Origin: Azolla caroliniana
Lineage: Eukaryota; Plantae; Polypodiophyta
NCBI GenBank assembly: GCA_043228905.1
Contig: JBHGNT010000009.1
Span: forward strand, 19,406,001 to 19,470,000
Direction of reading: 5' to 3'
DNA length: 64,000 nucleotides
The position numbers were made by a program, and so were the translations under genes. This document shows positions 44,246 through 54,877 of the stretch, one piece after another; the first letter of the stretch is position 1; each line of letters starts with the position of its first letter. Under the pieces are notes generated by a model, which saw nothing but the letters and a program-made list of their open reading frames with translations, was not told where the DNA came from and did not search any database.

Positions 44246-47200
44246 TGTTGGGATTTCGGTCCCTCCGGATGGGATGTCCGGATGATGAAGACCCCGGTTA
44301 CGGAGCCGGATGACGAAGACCCGGCTACGGAGCCGGATGATGAAGACCCCGGTTACGGAGCCGGATGACGAAGACCCCGGTTACGGAGCCGGATGACGAA
44401 GACCCCGGTTACGGAGCCGGATGACGAAGACCCGGCTACGGAGCCGGATGATGAATGTACCCGGAGAGAGATCCGGATGCGGGGACATATTTGTGAATAT
44501 GTTTGCCAAGGGCCCTTGAGGCTATATTTGTAAATAGCCCGAAAGTCATATGTGTATAAATATGACTTAGGGCAAACTGTTTTGTTTGCTTGCTGCTCAT
44601 TTTCTGTTTTCACTTAGAGGGAGCGAAGTGAGAGCAGCCGAGAGAGAGAGCGAGAGGGAGAGAAACGAGGAGGTCGTTGCCTCTGTGTATTACCGCCACC
44701 TGTGGCGAGGACAACGAGCTCAAGGTCGTCGCCTTGCAGCTCGCCATTGTATACTTCTCTGTATAGTGTTGGTTTGGAGTCCTGTACTCCCGTGGTTTTT
44801 CCCGTTTAGGGTTTTCCACGTTAATCCCTGTGTTATTGTGTCTTTCTCTGTGTTTCCTATTTTCTACTGCATTGATTCGTGATTTCTCGGTTGTGGCCGG
44901 AACGGTGAAGGCGAATCGGAAGTGGATTCTCAACAAAGTGGTATCAGAGCGACGACAGTGCAGAAAATGGAAGGCGGCAGCAGCGGGCAGCCGGGGATGA
45001 TGGTGCTGAATGCGCAGAACTACGCCGACTGGAAGATCAAGATGGAGGATCTTCTGATTGTTCGGGACCTGTACGAACCGATTGACAGGTCGGAAATACC
45101 GAAGGGGGTACTTGAGACGGAATGGAGGCTTCTGAACCGTAAAGCCGTTGCAACCATCCGGCAATACGTCGACGTGAGCGTTCTACAACATGTGGCGAAC
45201 GACACCAACGCATACGAGATGTGGCGGAAGCTGTCGGGCCTCTACGAGAGGAAGAATGCGTTGAACCGGACCTCCCTGATGAGGAAGATAGTGAACCTCA
45301 AGTACCGGGACGGCGAGAGCATGGTGGAACACGTAAGCACGTTCATGGGATTCGTGAACCAGCTTGCGGCAATCAAGTTCCCGCTGGAGGATGCAATGCA
45401 AGCCATCATTCTGATGTGTACATTGCCGGAAAGCTGGGAGAACTTGGTGGTGACTCTCAGCACCTCCTGCACCGAAGATAACTTGTCTCTGCAAACGGTA
45501 AAGACAAGTATTTTGAATGAAGAAGCGCGTCGGAGAGATAAAGAACCGGCCTCCGACCCGAAGGCGCTGCTTACCGAATCGGAACGGGGAAGACAATGGA
45601 ACCGGAGTCCGCAAAGACGGGAGAAGTCGGGGACCCGGTCGCAGTCAAGAGGAAGACCCACATGCTTCCACTGTGGGAAGCCGGGGCACTTCCGGAAGAA
45701 TTGTCGGCATTACCGAAAGGACAACGGAGCCGACGACACCGATTCGAAGAAGTCACCGGAGCGAAACGGTGCATACCGGGGAGCCACGGACCGGAGAGGT
45801 CCGGATCGGCGAGGGCAGGACCGGAAAGGAACGACGGCACTCGCGGCAAGTGAAGAAGAGATAATGCTCATTACCGAAGAGAGGGAGCTGAATCTTGCCG
45901 GTGAAGAGATGACCTGGGTGGTTGATTCCGGAGCGTCGTTCCACCTGACCCCGGAGAAGAAATACTTCTCATCCTACACAGCCGGTGAGCACGGCTGTGT
46001 CCGGATGGGAAATGAAGGTACATGCCGGATTGCCGGCATAGGAGACGTGTGGCTGATGACATCAACCGGATGCAAGATGCTGCTGAAGGATGTTCGTCAC
46101 GTTCCGGAGGTTCGATTGAACCTGATTTCGGCCGGGAGGCTAGACGATGAAGGCTACGCAGGTAGCATCCGGAACGGCGAAATGAAGTTCAGCAAGGGGA
46201 GCCTGATAGTGGCTCGGGCCCGGAAAGACAACACACTGTACCTGATGAATGCCCGGTTATGTCCGGAAGAGCTAAATGTGGCAGCCGACACTGCCGGTGA
46301 GCTGTGGCACAAGAGACTGTGCCACATGAGTGAGAAGGGGATGAAGAGGCTTGCAGAAGACAACCTTATTCCAGTAAAGCATGTGCACCTGGAGAAGTGC
46401 ACCGACTGCCTGGCCGGTAAGCAAAACCGGACCTCCTTCCACTCAAGGCCACCGACGAGACGTAGCGCACCATTGGAGTTGGTGCACACTGATGTGTGTC
46501 AAGTAGAAACGAAGTCACATGGCGGAGCCCAGTACTTCGTGACATTTATTGATGACCACAGCCGGAAGCTGTGGACGGCACCGCTGAAGACAAAGGATCA
46601 AGTGTTGTCCGTCTTCAAAGAACTCCACGCGAGAGTGGAAAGGGAATCCGGCAAGAAGCTGAAAGCGATACGAGCGGATAACGGAGGGGAATACCGGGGG
46701 CAGTTCCAGGAGTACTGTCGCTCGAAGGGAATCCGGCTCGAGTTTACTGTGCCGAAGACGCCGGAACTGAACGGGCTGGCCGAGAGGATGAACCGGACCA
46801 TAATGGAGAGGGTCCGGAGTATGCTGGCGCATGCGAAATTACCCAAGGGGTTTTGGGCTGAGGCAATGTCGACGGCAACATACGTGATAAACAGATCACC
46901 CTCAGTACCTTTGGACGGAGACACGCCGCAGAAAGTGTGGACCGGTAAGGAAGTGTCCTACCGGCATCTGAAGGTGTTCGGGTGTCTCGCATACGTGCAT
47001 GTGGCAAAGGACCGGAGAGGAAAGTTAGATCCAAAGACCCGGCCATGCATATTCCTCGGTTACGGCGACGACGAGTTCGGCTACCGAGTATGGGACCCGG
47101 TCGACAAGAAGATATTCAGGAGTCGAGACATCATCTTCATGGAGGACAAGACACTCGCCGACTGGGAGTCGGAGAAGAAGATGAAGAGCTCCAAGTCGAC

Positions 47201-49773
47201 CGGTGAGGATCAACTCTACAAGGAGCAGTCCCGACCGGCAAGAGACCGGTTAGCACTCGAGGATCCGGCCGAAGACGGTGAAGAAACAGAACCGGCCGAA
47301 GAAGATGAAAATGATACCGGAACCGGCCCCGATCCCGAAATGGATTCGGATTCGGATGAAGAAGAATCGGAAGAACCGGTTACCGAAGCTCCGGAACGGA
47401 GATATCCTCTAAGAGAGAGAAGGACCCCCCGGAGATTTCCGGAACCAGAGCACGTGCTGCTAACCGACGAGGGGGAGCCGGAGAGCTTTGAAGAAGCAAA
47501 GTATGACACCCAGAGCCGCAGGTGGTTGAGTGCCATGCAGGACGAGATGGATTCCCTGCATGAGAACCACACATATGAACTTGTGGAGTTGCCGAAAGGA
47601 AAGCGGGCACTTCGAAACAAATGGGTGTTCAAGCTGAAACCGGGAGATGCCGGGAACCCCCCGAGATACAAAGCCAGGATCGTGGTGAAGGGGTTTCAGC
47701 AGAAGAAGGGCGTCGACTTCGACGAGATATTTGCCCCGGTAGTGAAGATGACCTCCATCCGGACGGTGCTGAGCATAGCGGCAAGCATGGATCTCGAGGT
47801 AGAACAGATGGACGTGAAGACGACATTCCTTCACGGTGACCTCGAAGAAGAGATCTACATGCAGCAACCGGAAGGATTCGAGAAGAAAGGGAAGGAGCAC
47901 CTGGTATGCCGGTTGAAGAAGAGCCTTTACGGACTGAAGCAGGCTCCCCGGCAGTGGTACCGGAAGTTCGACTCCTTCATGACCGACGAAGGGTACCACA
48001 AAACGCAGTCCGATCACTGCGTGTTTGTGAAGAAGTTCGAAGGAGGAGACTTTCTAATACTCCTCCTGTACGTGGACGACATGTTGATCGTCGGACGGGA
48101 CCAGGTCAAGATACGGATGCTGAAGAAGGCTCTTCACCGAACCTTCTCAATGAAGGACCTGGGTCCGGCGAGACAAATACTAGGGATGCATATCATCCGG
48201 GACCGGAGCAAGAAGCAGTTGTGGCTGTCACAGGAGAAGTACGTGACAAAGGTGCTCAAACGGTTCAACATGTCGGAAGCAAGACCAGTCGGGTCAACAC
48301 TACCGACAAACTGCAAGCTGTCCAGCAAGCAAAGCCCCAAGACAAAGGCTGAGAAGGAGGACATGATGAAAGTACCATATGCCTCAGCCGTCGGAAGCTT
48401 GATGTACGCAATGGTGTGTACAAGACCGGACATAGGATATGCAGTCGGAGTGGTGAGCCAGTACATGAGCAATCCCGGCAAAGAGCATTGGAACGCGGCC
48501 AAGTGGATACTCCGATACCTGAAGGGCACGGCAAACGTGTGCCTCCGATTCGGCTCCGGAAAGCCCGAACTCGACGGCTTTACCGATTCGGATATGTCGG
48601 CTGATGCAGATACCAGCCGGTCCACATCAGGGTATGTGATGACGTATGCAGGGGGAGCTGTTTCGTGGCAGTCAAGGCTGCAGAAGACGGTTGCACTGTC
48701 AACCACGGAGGCGGAGTACATGGCGGCCGTTGAAGCCGGCAAGGAAATAATATGGATGAAGGACTTCATTAGAGAGCTCGGTATCCGACAGGAGGAGTAC
48801 CGACTCTACTGCGACAGTCAGAGTGCCATCCACCTTGCGAAGAACGCGGCCTATCACTCCCGGACGAAGCACATCCAACGAAGATATCACTGGATCCGGG
48901 AAAGGATAGAAGACAAGGAGTTCGTGCTGACGAAAATCCACACGGACGAGAACGGATCAGATATGTTGACCAAAGTGCTCACACCCGACAAGCTGGAAGC
49001 ATGCCGGAAGAGAATCGGATTGGAGAGACATCCCATGCCGAAGTGAAGGGGGAGTTTGTTGGGATTTCGGTCCCTCCGGATGGGATGTCCGGATGATGAA
49101 GACCCCGGTTACGGAGCCGGATGACGAAGACCCGGCTACGGAGCCGGATGATGAAGACCCGGCTACGGAGCCGGATGATGAAGACCCCGGTTACGGAGCC
49201 GGATGACGAAGACCCCGGTTACGGAGCCGGATGACGAAGACCCCGGTTACGGAGCCGGATGACGAAGACCCGGCTACGGAGCCGGATGATGAATGTACCC
49301 GGAGAGAGATCCGGATGCGGGGACATATTTGTGAATATGTTTGCCAAGGGCCCTTGAGGCTATATTTGTAAATAGCCCGAAAGTCATATGTGTATAAATA
49401 TGACTTAGGGCAAACTGTTTTGTTTGCTTGCTGCTCATTTTCTGTTTTCACTTAGAGGGAGCGAAGTGAGAGCAGCCGAGAGAGAGAGCGAGAGGGAGAG
49501 AAACGAGGAGGTCGTTGCCTCTGTGTATTACCGCCACCTGTGGCGAGGACAGCGAGCTCAAGGTCGTCGCCTTGCAGCTCGCCATTGTATACTTCTCTGT
49601 ATAGTGTTGGTTTGGAGTCCTGTACTCCCGTGGTTTTTCCCGTTTAGGGTTTTCCACGTTAATCCCTGTGTTATTGTGTCTTTCTCTGTGTTTCCTATTT
49701 TCTACTGCATTGATTCGTGATTTCTCGGTTGTGGCCGGAACGGTGAAGGCGAATCGGAAGTGGATTCTCAACA
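44246..49773 (+). mobile_element. Intact, very young Ty1/Copia (Tnt1/Tork-like)
   Basis: LTRs 44246-44935 and 49057-49773, TSD ATTCA, PBS tggtatcagagc (44939-44950), PPT aagggggag, single uninterrupted polyprotein. Confidence 0.97.
44967..49046 (+). CDS. Copia gag-pol polyprotein (gag, PR, IN, RT, RNase H), 1359 aa from the first ATG
   Basis: CFHCGKPGHFRKNC, WVVDSGAS, HTDVC/IRADNGGEY/NGLAERMNRT, QMDVKT, LYVDDML, FTDSD..STTEAEY. Confidence 0.95.
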   Translation: MEGGSSGQPGMMVLNAQNYADWKIKMEDLLIVRDLYEPIDRSEIPKGVLETEWRLLNRKAVATIRQYVDVSVLQHVANDTNAYEMWRKLSGLYERKNALNRTSLMRKIVNLKYRDGESMVEHVSTFMGFVNQLAAIKFPLEDAMQAIILMCTLPESWENLVVTLSTSCTEDNLSLQTVKTSILNEEARRRDKEPASDPKALLTESERGRQWNRSPQRREKSGTRSQSRGRPTCFHCGKPGHFRKNCRHYRKDNGADDTDSKKSPERNGAYRGATDRRGPDRRGQDRKGTTALAASEEEIMLITEERELNLAGEEMTWVVDSGASFHLTPEKKYFSSYTAGEHGCVRMGNEGTCRIAGIGDVWLMTSTGCKMLLKDVRHVPEVRLNLISAGRLDDEGYAGSIRNGEMKFSKGSLIVARARKDNTLYLMNARLCPEELNVAADTAGELWHKRLCHMSEKGMKRLAEDNLIPVKHVHLEKCTDCLAGKQNRTSFHSRPPTRRSAPLELVHTDVCQVETKSHGGAQYFVTFIDDHSRKLWTAPLKTKDQVLSVFKELHARVERESGKKLKAIRADNGGEYRGQFQEYCRSKGIRLEFTVPKTPELNGLAERMNRTIMERVRSMLAHAKLPKGFWAEAMSTATYVINRSPSVPLDGDTPQKVWTGKEVSYRHLKVFGCLAYVHVAKDRRGKLDPKTRPCIFLGYGDDEFGYRVWDPVDKKIFRSRDIIFMEDKTLADWESEKKMKSSKSTGEDQLYKEQSRPARDRLALEDPAEDGEETEPAEEDENDTGTGPDPEMDSDSDEEESEEPVTEAPERRYPLRERRTPRRFPEPEHVLLTDEGEPESFEEAKYDTQSRRWLSAMQDEMDSLHENHTYELVELPKGKRALRNKWVFKLKPGDAGNPPRYKARIVVKGFQQKKGVDFDEIFAPVVKMTSIRTVLSIAASMDLEVEQMDVKTTFLHGDLEEEIYMQQPEGFEKKGKEHLVCRLKKSLYGLKQAPRQWYRKFDSFMTDEGYHKTQSDHCVFVKKFEGGDFLILLLYVDDMLIVGRDQVKIRMLKKALHRTFSMKDLGPARQILGMHIIRDRSKKQLWLSQEKYVTKVLKRFNMSEARPVGSTLPTNCKLSSKQSPKTKAEKEDMMKVPYASAVGSLMYAMVCTRPDIGYAVGVVSQYMSNPGKEHWNAAKWILRYLKGTANVCLRFGSGKPELDGFTDSDMSADADTSRSTSGYVMTYAGGAVSWQSRLQKTVALSTTEAEYMAAVEAGKEIIWMKDFIRELGIRQEEYRLYCDSQSAIHLAKNAAYHSRTKHIQRRYHWIRERIEDKEFVLTKIHTDENGSDMLTKVLTPDKLEACRKRIGLERHPMPK

Positions 49774-52700
49774 ATTCAGAACCATTTTCGGCGTTTGAAT
49801 CGAATTCGGACGGCGAGTACAACGCATATTCGTATTACCGCAGCAGTCACAACACCCCGGACGGACCGGGGGACGAGGAATAAGATAATATAACGACACC
49901 GGAACCAACGATAATAGAACTGAAAGCTTCAGGAAGGCACGAGGAGGATCAACCTCCGACACCGCCACGCGGGCCTCCGAAGGAGGAAGAGGGAAGACCT
50001 TCAACGCCAAAAAAAGAGGAAAGACCTCTGACACCGCCTCCGAAAAAAGAGGAGGAGAAACATCCAACTCTGCCTCCAACAGAAGAGGGGGAGAGACCTC
50101 CGTCACCACCAGCTCGAGTTCCGACACCTAACGACGATATGCCGTTCCAATATCCCATGTACTGGGATGATCCAGACGCGGAAGCCCATGTGTATTCATT
50201 TCTACAAACATGGGAAGCAAACCATGTGCCGCAATGCTTAAATGCCGCCGAAGTAGAACAATCGAAGATCGCAGAGTTCAACATGACTTTGGAAGGACCA
50301 GCCGTGCGATGGCGCTTGACACACCTTCCCGGCACCATCACTACGTTTGAGGACTTGAAAACCAGATTTTTACAATTCTTCAACAAGGAGGTGGATCAAC
50401 AAGAAATGGTCGGCCTATTCTACACCATATGATAGGAACCTACGGAAACCATTCAACAATTCGTAATTTGGTTCCAGCGGATGCACAACTAGCTAAGTCA
50501 GGCACCACCAGAAGCAGAGGCTAAAGTAATATTCCTAGCAGCACTCCGGGAACCCCTGCGTATGGTGTGCGCAGTCATTGATTTCCGCACTAGCACGATC
50601 GACCATGTCATAAACCGGGTCAGGGAGATGGAGAAAACGAGCTCGTGGCTAACAATGGGGGCACTCCAACGTACATTATCGACAAAAGAAGACCTACGTT
50701 TTCGGCAAGCTATACAATGTGCGACTAGTCTCAATGCCGAGCACTCTGCAATAGAATGTACCATGCGGTCACAGTGCATGTTATGACATTCCAGGTTGCA
50801 CACAATGGACCGATGTGAATATAACTTACTGAACTGGCAAGCGGCACCGGTAAGACAAATCGATCCCCACAACGACCAGAAAGAGGAAGAAGAACGTTGG
50901 CATCGAGACGAGCGTTACCGGCCAGTACAGGATGTCTGGTACAACGACAGAAGGGACACTTATGACCGGGACCGGTACGACAGGTACCGAGATCATAATG
51001 GTGACCGTTTTGATCGTGATCACTCTCTAAGTTACAATTGGAGGGGAGAAGATCAGCGCGAGGATTACGAAGATCGCCGACGACAGGGATACAAGAACCA
51101 TCAATGTTTTAATAAGAAACGAAAGTTACAACCGAAAGGAGGAGCGTCGGGAACTGGCGAAGGAATACCTACGAGAGCCGAAGAGAGGGTTGAGTGGCAC
51201 CCAACCAGAACAAAGACGAACGGAAGAGCCTAATCGGCCGGCAACAGGATTTCAACCAAGTATCGGGCCAAAAGTAGAATCCAACAATACCCGGAAAGCG
51301 TATTGTTATTATTGCCGGCAGGAAGGTCATTATAGCAACCAATGCCCAATGAAAAGTAATGAAAAACAATCGGCAGTCAATATGGTGGTAGCAGAGGTCG
51401 CAAATATACAACAAGTCACTACCAGGGCAAAAGGAAAGATGACGGAGTGGGAAGCCCAAGAGACTATTCGGAAACAGGCCACCGAATGGTTCGAGAAGGC
51501 GAATGAACTGAATGCAACCGAAGTCAAACAACAAAAGGCGGCATCAACGGAGCTCACCGACACAATCCAGGCGGAAAACCCAACATGGCAAGCGTTACAG
51601 GAATGTCAAATTACGTTGCCATTAGGCCGGCTACTACAATTAGTACCTCGGTTCACGGATGGGCTGAAATCGACAATAACAACACCAGACTTGTCGCCGG
51701 CTCCGACTTTCTTTTCCAACCCAGAGGAAGAGTCGGCGATGGTGGACACAAGCAATCCGGCAATCACTGCCCTTGTCAAAGGACGCGAGCTACCAGGGAC
51801 AATCGTTGACGGAGGATCGGGCATCAATGTAATAACCCTCCGCACTTGTGACACCTTGGGAATTCAGGAGTGGGAGCCTTGCTTGTTTTGGCTCCGGATG
51901 GCAGATACGAGTTCGGTAAGACCCACCGGTTTAATACGAGATCTGGAGGTAACAATTGGAGGACATGCATTCCGCATTTCTGCGGTGGTTCTCCAGTTAA
52001 ATACTCACGGGGCTTACCCACTATTGCTTGGACGACCATGGTTGCGGATGGCTCACATTATGCAGAACTGGCGGAAGAACGTGATTACATTCCGACGAGG
52101 CAAAACCAAAGTACGGGTACCGACACATCCACAAACCGGAACCGGCAAAGAGCTAACACCGTTATATGCTGAAAGCGTTAATATGCTGGAAGGACTCGTC
52201 GATGAGGAAGTCAATCGGTATCTCAAGGATAATCCAAAAATCGTACCCTTGTTTGAAATAGATGTGGCAGAAGCAGTCTCTCCGTATATTGCACAACCGG
52301 GAGATGCCGGAGAGGAACCGGATAAAGAGGCCATCAGAGAACTACATCAAGCATAGGAGGCCCTAAAACGGGAAATGGCAGTATCTCAAAGGGCCAAGGC
52401 GTCCCAGCTAGAAGAAGCAAACTTAGGAATTGGGGAGGAAGCACGACCGGTACATATTGCCAAAGAAATGTCACCGGAAAACAAAACGGCAATGATTAAC
52501 TATTGAAAGAATTCCGGGACGTATTTGCCTGGTCCTATGAGGATATGCGAGGGATGGATTCACAACTATATCAACACCAGATATATCTCAGCAAAGACGC
52601 CAAACCGGTAGCACAGGCGCTACTGAATGAACCCTAATTATGCGGTAAGGGTAAAAGAGAAAATCGACAAGTTACTTCGAGTCGGTTTTATCCAGTTGGT

Positions 52701-53054
52701 AAAGAAAGCCACATGGTTGAGTCCGATAGTAGTCGTGCCGAAGAAGAACGGGAAGATCCGGGTGTGCGTTGATTACCGAAAATTGAATGCCGCGATGGTG
52801 ACTGATGGCTTTCCACTTCCATTCACAGATGGAGTTCTGGACACAGTAGCCAGTCACGAGGTATATAGCTTCCTAGACGGATTCAATGGGTACAATCAAA
52901 TACAGATGCACCCCGATGACCAAGAAAAGATGGCGTTCGTTACCGAGTGGGGAGTTTTTGTTGCCGTAGTGATGATGTTTGGACTCAAGACGGCGCCGGC
53001 TACCTTTCAACGGATAATCATGGAAATATTTGGAGAGTTCATCCCGACGTTTAT

Positions 53055-53813
53055 TGTTGGGAGACAGGTCCCTCCGGATGGGAAGGGAGAAGAACAGTGC
53101 CGACGAACAATCTCGGCCGAGGCCGAAATCAGAAGAGGAGTACCCGGCTATGGAGAGCCGGATGGTGCAGACCCGGTATGAACCGGATGAGGAGTACCCG
53201 GCTACGGAGAGCCGGATGGTGCAGACCTGGTATGAACCGGATGAGGAGTACCCGGCTACGGAGAGCCGGATGATACAGACCCGGTATGAACTGGATGAGG
53301 AGTACCCGGCTACGGAGAGCCGGATGGTGCAGAACCGGTATGAACCGGATGAAGAGACATATTCGTAAATATGTTTCTAAGAGTCCATCGAGGCTATATT
53401 TGTAAATAGCCAAAAAGTCATATTAGTATAAATATGACTTAGGGCAAACTTTTAGTATGAGTTGTAGTTGTTGTCGTTTCTTGTTGGTGCAAGAGAAGAG
53501 AGAGTGCGTAACTGTACAGAGAGAGAGAGAGAGAGAGAAAGAGGTCGTTGCCTCTGTTGTAACCGCCGCCTGTGGCGAAGATCTGTGAGCACGAGGTCGT
53601 TGCCTCAGTGAACTCACTATTGTACATTCTTACATAGTGACAGTTTGCAGCCTGTGGGCTGCCGTGGTTTTTCCCCTACTTTGGGGTTTTCCACGTAAAC
53701 CTCTTGTGTATCTTCCTCTTCTTTGTGTCGTGTTTTATTTCCCGTTTTCTGTGTATCATTCTAAGCTCGGTTGTGGCCGAGCGTTGCGCATAAGGAGCGT
53801 TGAGTTCCCGTCA
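53055..53813 (+). mobile_element. Solo LTR related to the LTR of the 44246 Copia
   Basis: tgttggga..cccgtca with TSD TTTAT on both sides, interrupting the Gypsy RT. Shares ggtccctccggatggga, tataaatatgacttagggcaaac and gggtttttccacgt blocks; 54-bp x 4 array from 53135. Confidence 0.9.
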
Positions 53814-54458
53814 TTTATGCAGGTGTTCCTAGACAACTTCGCGGTGTATAGCTGGCAAGGGGAGCACCTGGACCATCTCCGGTTATGCCTAGAAAAATGT
53901 AGGGGATACCGGCTAAGCTTGAACCTGGCAAAGTGTGTGTTCGGGGTGGCTAGTGGTACGCTACTGGGCCATATTGTCAACAAGGACGGGATAGCAGTAG
54001 ACCTGGACAAAGTCAGGGAAATTCTGGAGGCACCGGCACCAACGACGGCAAAAGCATTAAGCAAATTTTTAGGACAAATCCGGTGGCATAGCCGGATGCT
54101 CCGGTATTTGGCAGATCTTGCAACACCGCTGCATGCTGCGGTTCACCGAACACCGTTTCAATGGATGGCTACAAAGGATGATGGTTACCGCGTGCTAAAA
54201 GTACTACTATCGCAAGCACCGGTAGTACAACCCCCGGACTGGTCCAAAGAATTTCATGTGGTTGTCGACGCGTCAGACATAGCAATCGACAACGCACTTA
54301 CGCAGCTGACCGAACCGAAGTGGTACCAACCGGTATACTATGCAAGCTGGAAACTGTCACAAGCGGAACGAAATTATTCCACAATGGAGAGAGAAGCCTT
54401 GGGGATGATTTATAGTGTCACAAAGTTTCGACACTATTTGTTGGGCCGGAAATTAGGC

Positions 54459-54810
54459 TAATAGCCAACTAGCTATTGTTAATAGCTAACTAGCTACTAG
54501 CAATAGCTAACTAACTTGGAGGTAGCTAATTAGCTAACTAGCTACTGGCCAAAGCTAAATAGCTACTGGACAAAGCTAAATAGCTACATTAGAATATGAT
54601 CATAGCTAACTAGCTATTGTTAATAGCTAACTAGGTACTGGCTAAAGCTAATTAGCTACATCAGAATATTATCATAGCTAACTAGCTACTAGTAATAGCT
54701 AACTAGCTACTGGCCAAATCTAATTATCTACATTAGAATATGATAAGAGCTAATGAGCTACATAAGAATATTATCATAGCTAATTAGCTACCACACTATA
54801 TCTAACTAGT
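54459..54810. repeat. Array of palindromic TAGCTA motifs (tagctaactagcta)
   Basis: Many TAGCTA copies in about 350 bp. Confidence 0.85.
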
Positions 54811-54877
54811 GACATCAGATAACATTAGAATACTGACTGGAATCCCTTCTTATTACACTGGTAGATTTATTTATTAG

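Larger units (their letters stand above)
43488..54458 (+). mobile_element. 3'-truncated Ty3/Gypsy (non-chromovirus) hosting an intact Copia and a solo LTR
   Basis: 5' LTR 43488-43935 (tgttgacc..gtaaca), PBS-like tggcaaccac at 43943. Gag with CYYCRQEGHYSNQC, PR IVDGGSG, RT split at 53055-53813, RNase H up to ..RHYLLGRK. No integrase or 3' LTR. Confidence 0.85.

Noticed and set aside
44280-44460. 27/28-bp and 54-bp arrays as CRISPR-like repeats
   Set aside because: No unique spacers, located inside LTR U3, eukaryotic context.
44922-44966. Extended start of the Copia polyprotein
   Set aside because: The GTG lies in the LTR and the stretch spans the PBS; the first ATG is at 44967.
45020-48941. 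Many antisense and alternate-frame ORFs within the Copia
   Set aside because: Shadow ORFs of a GC-rich coding region.
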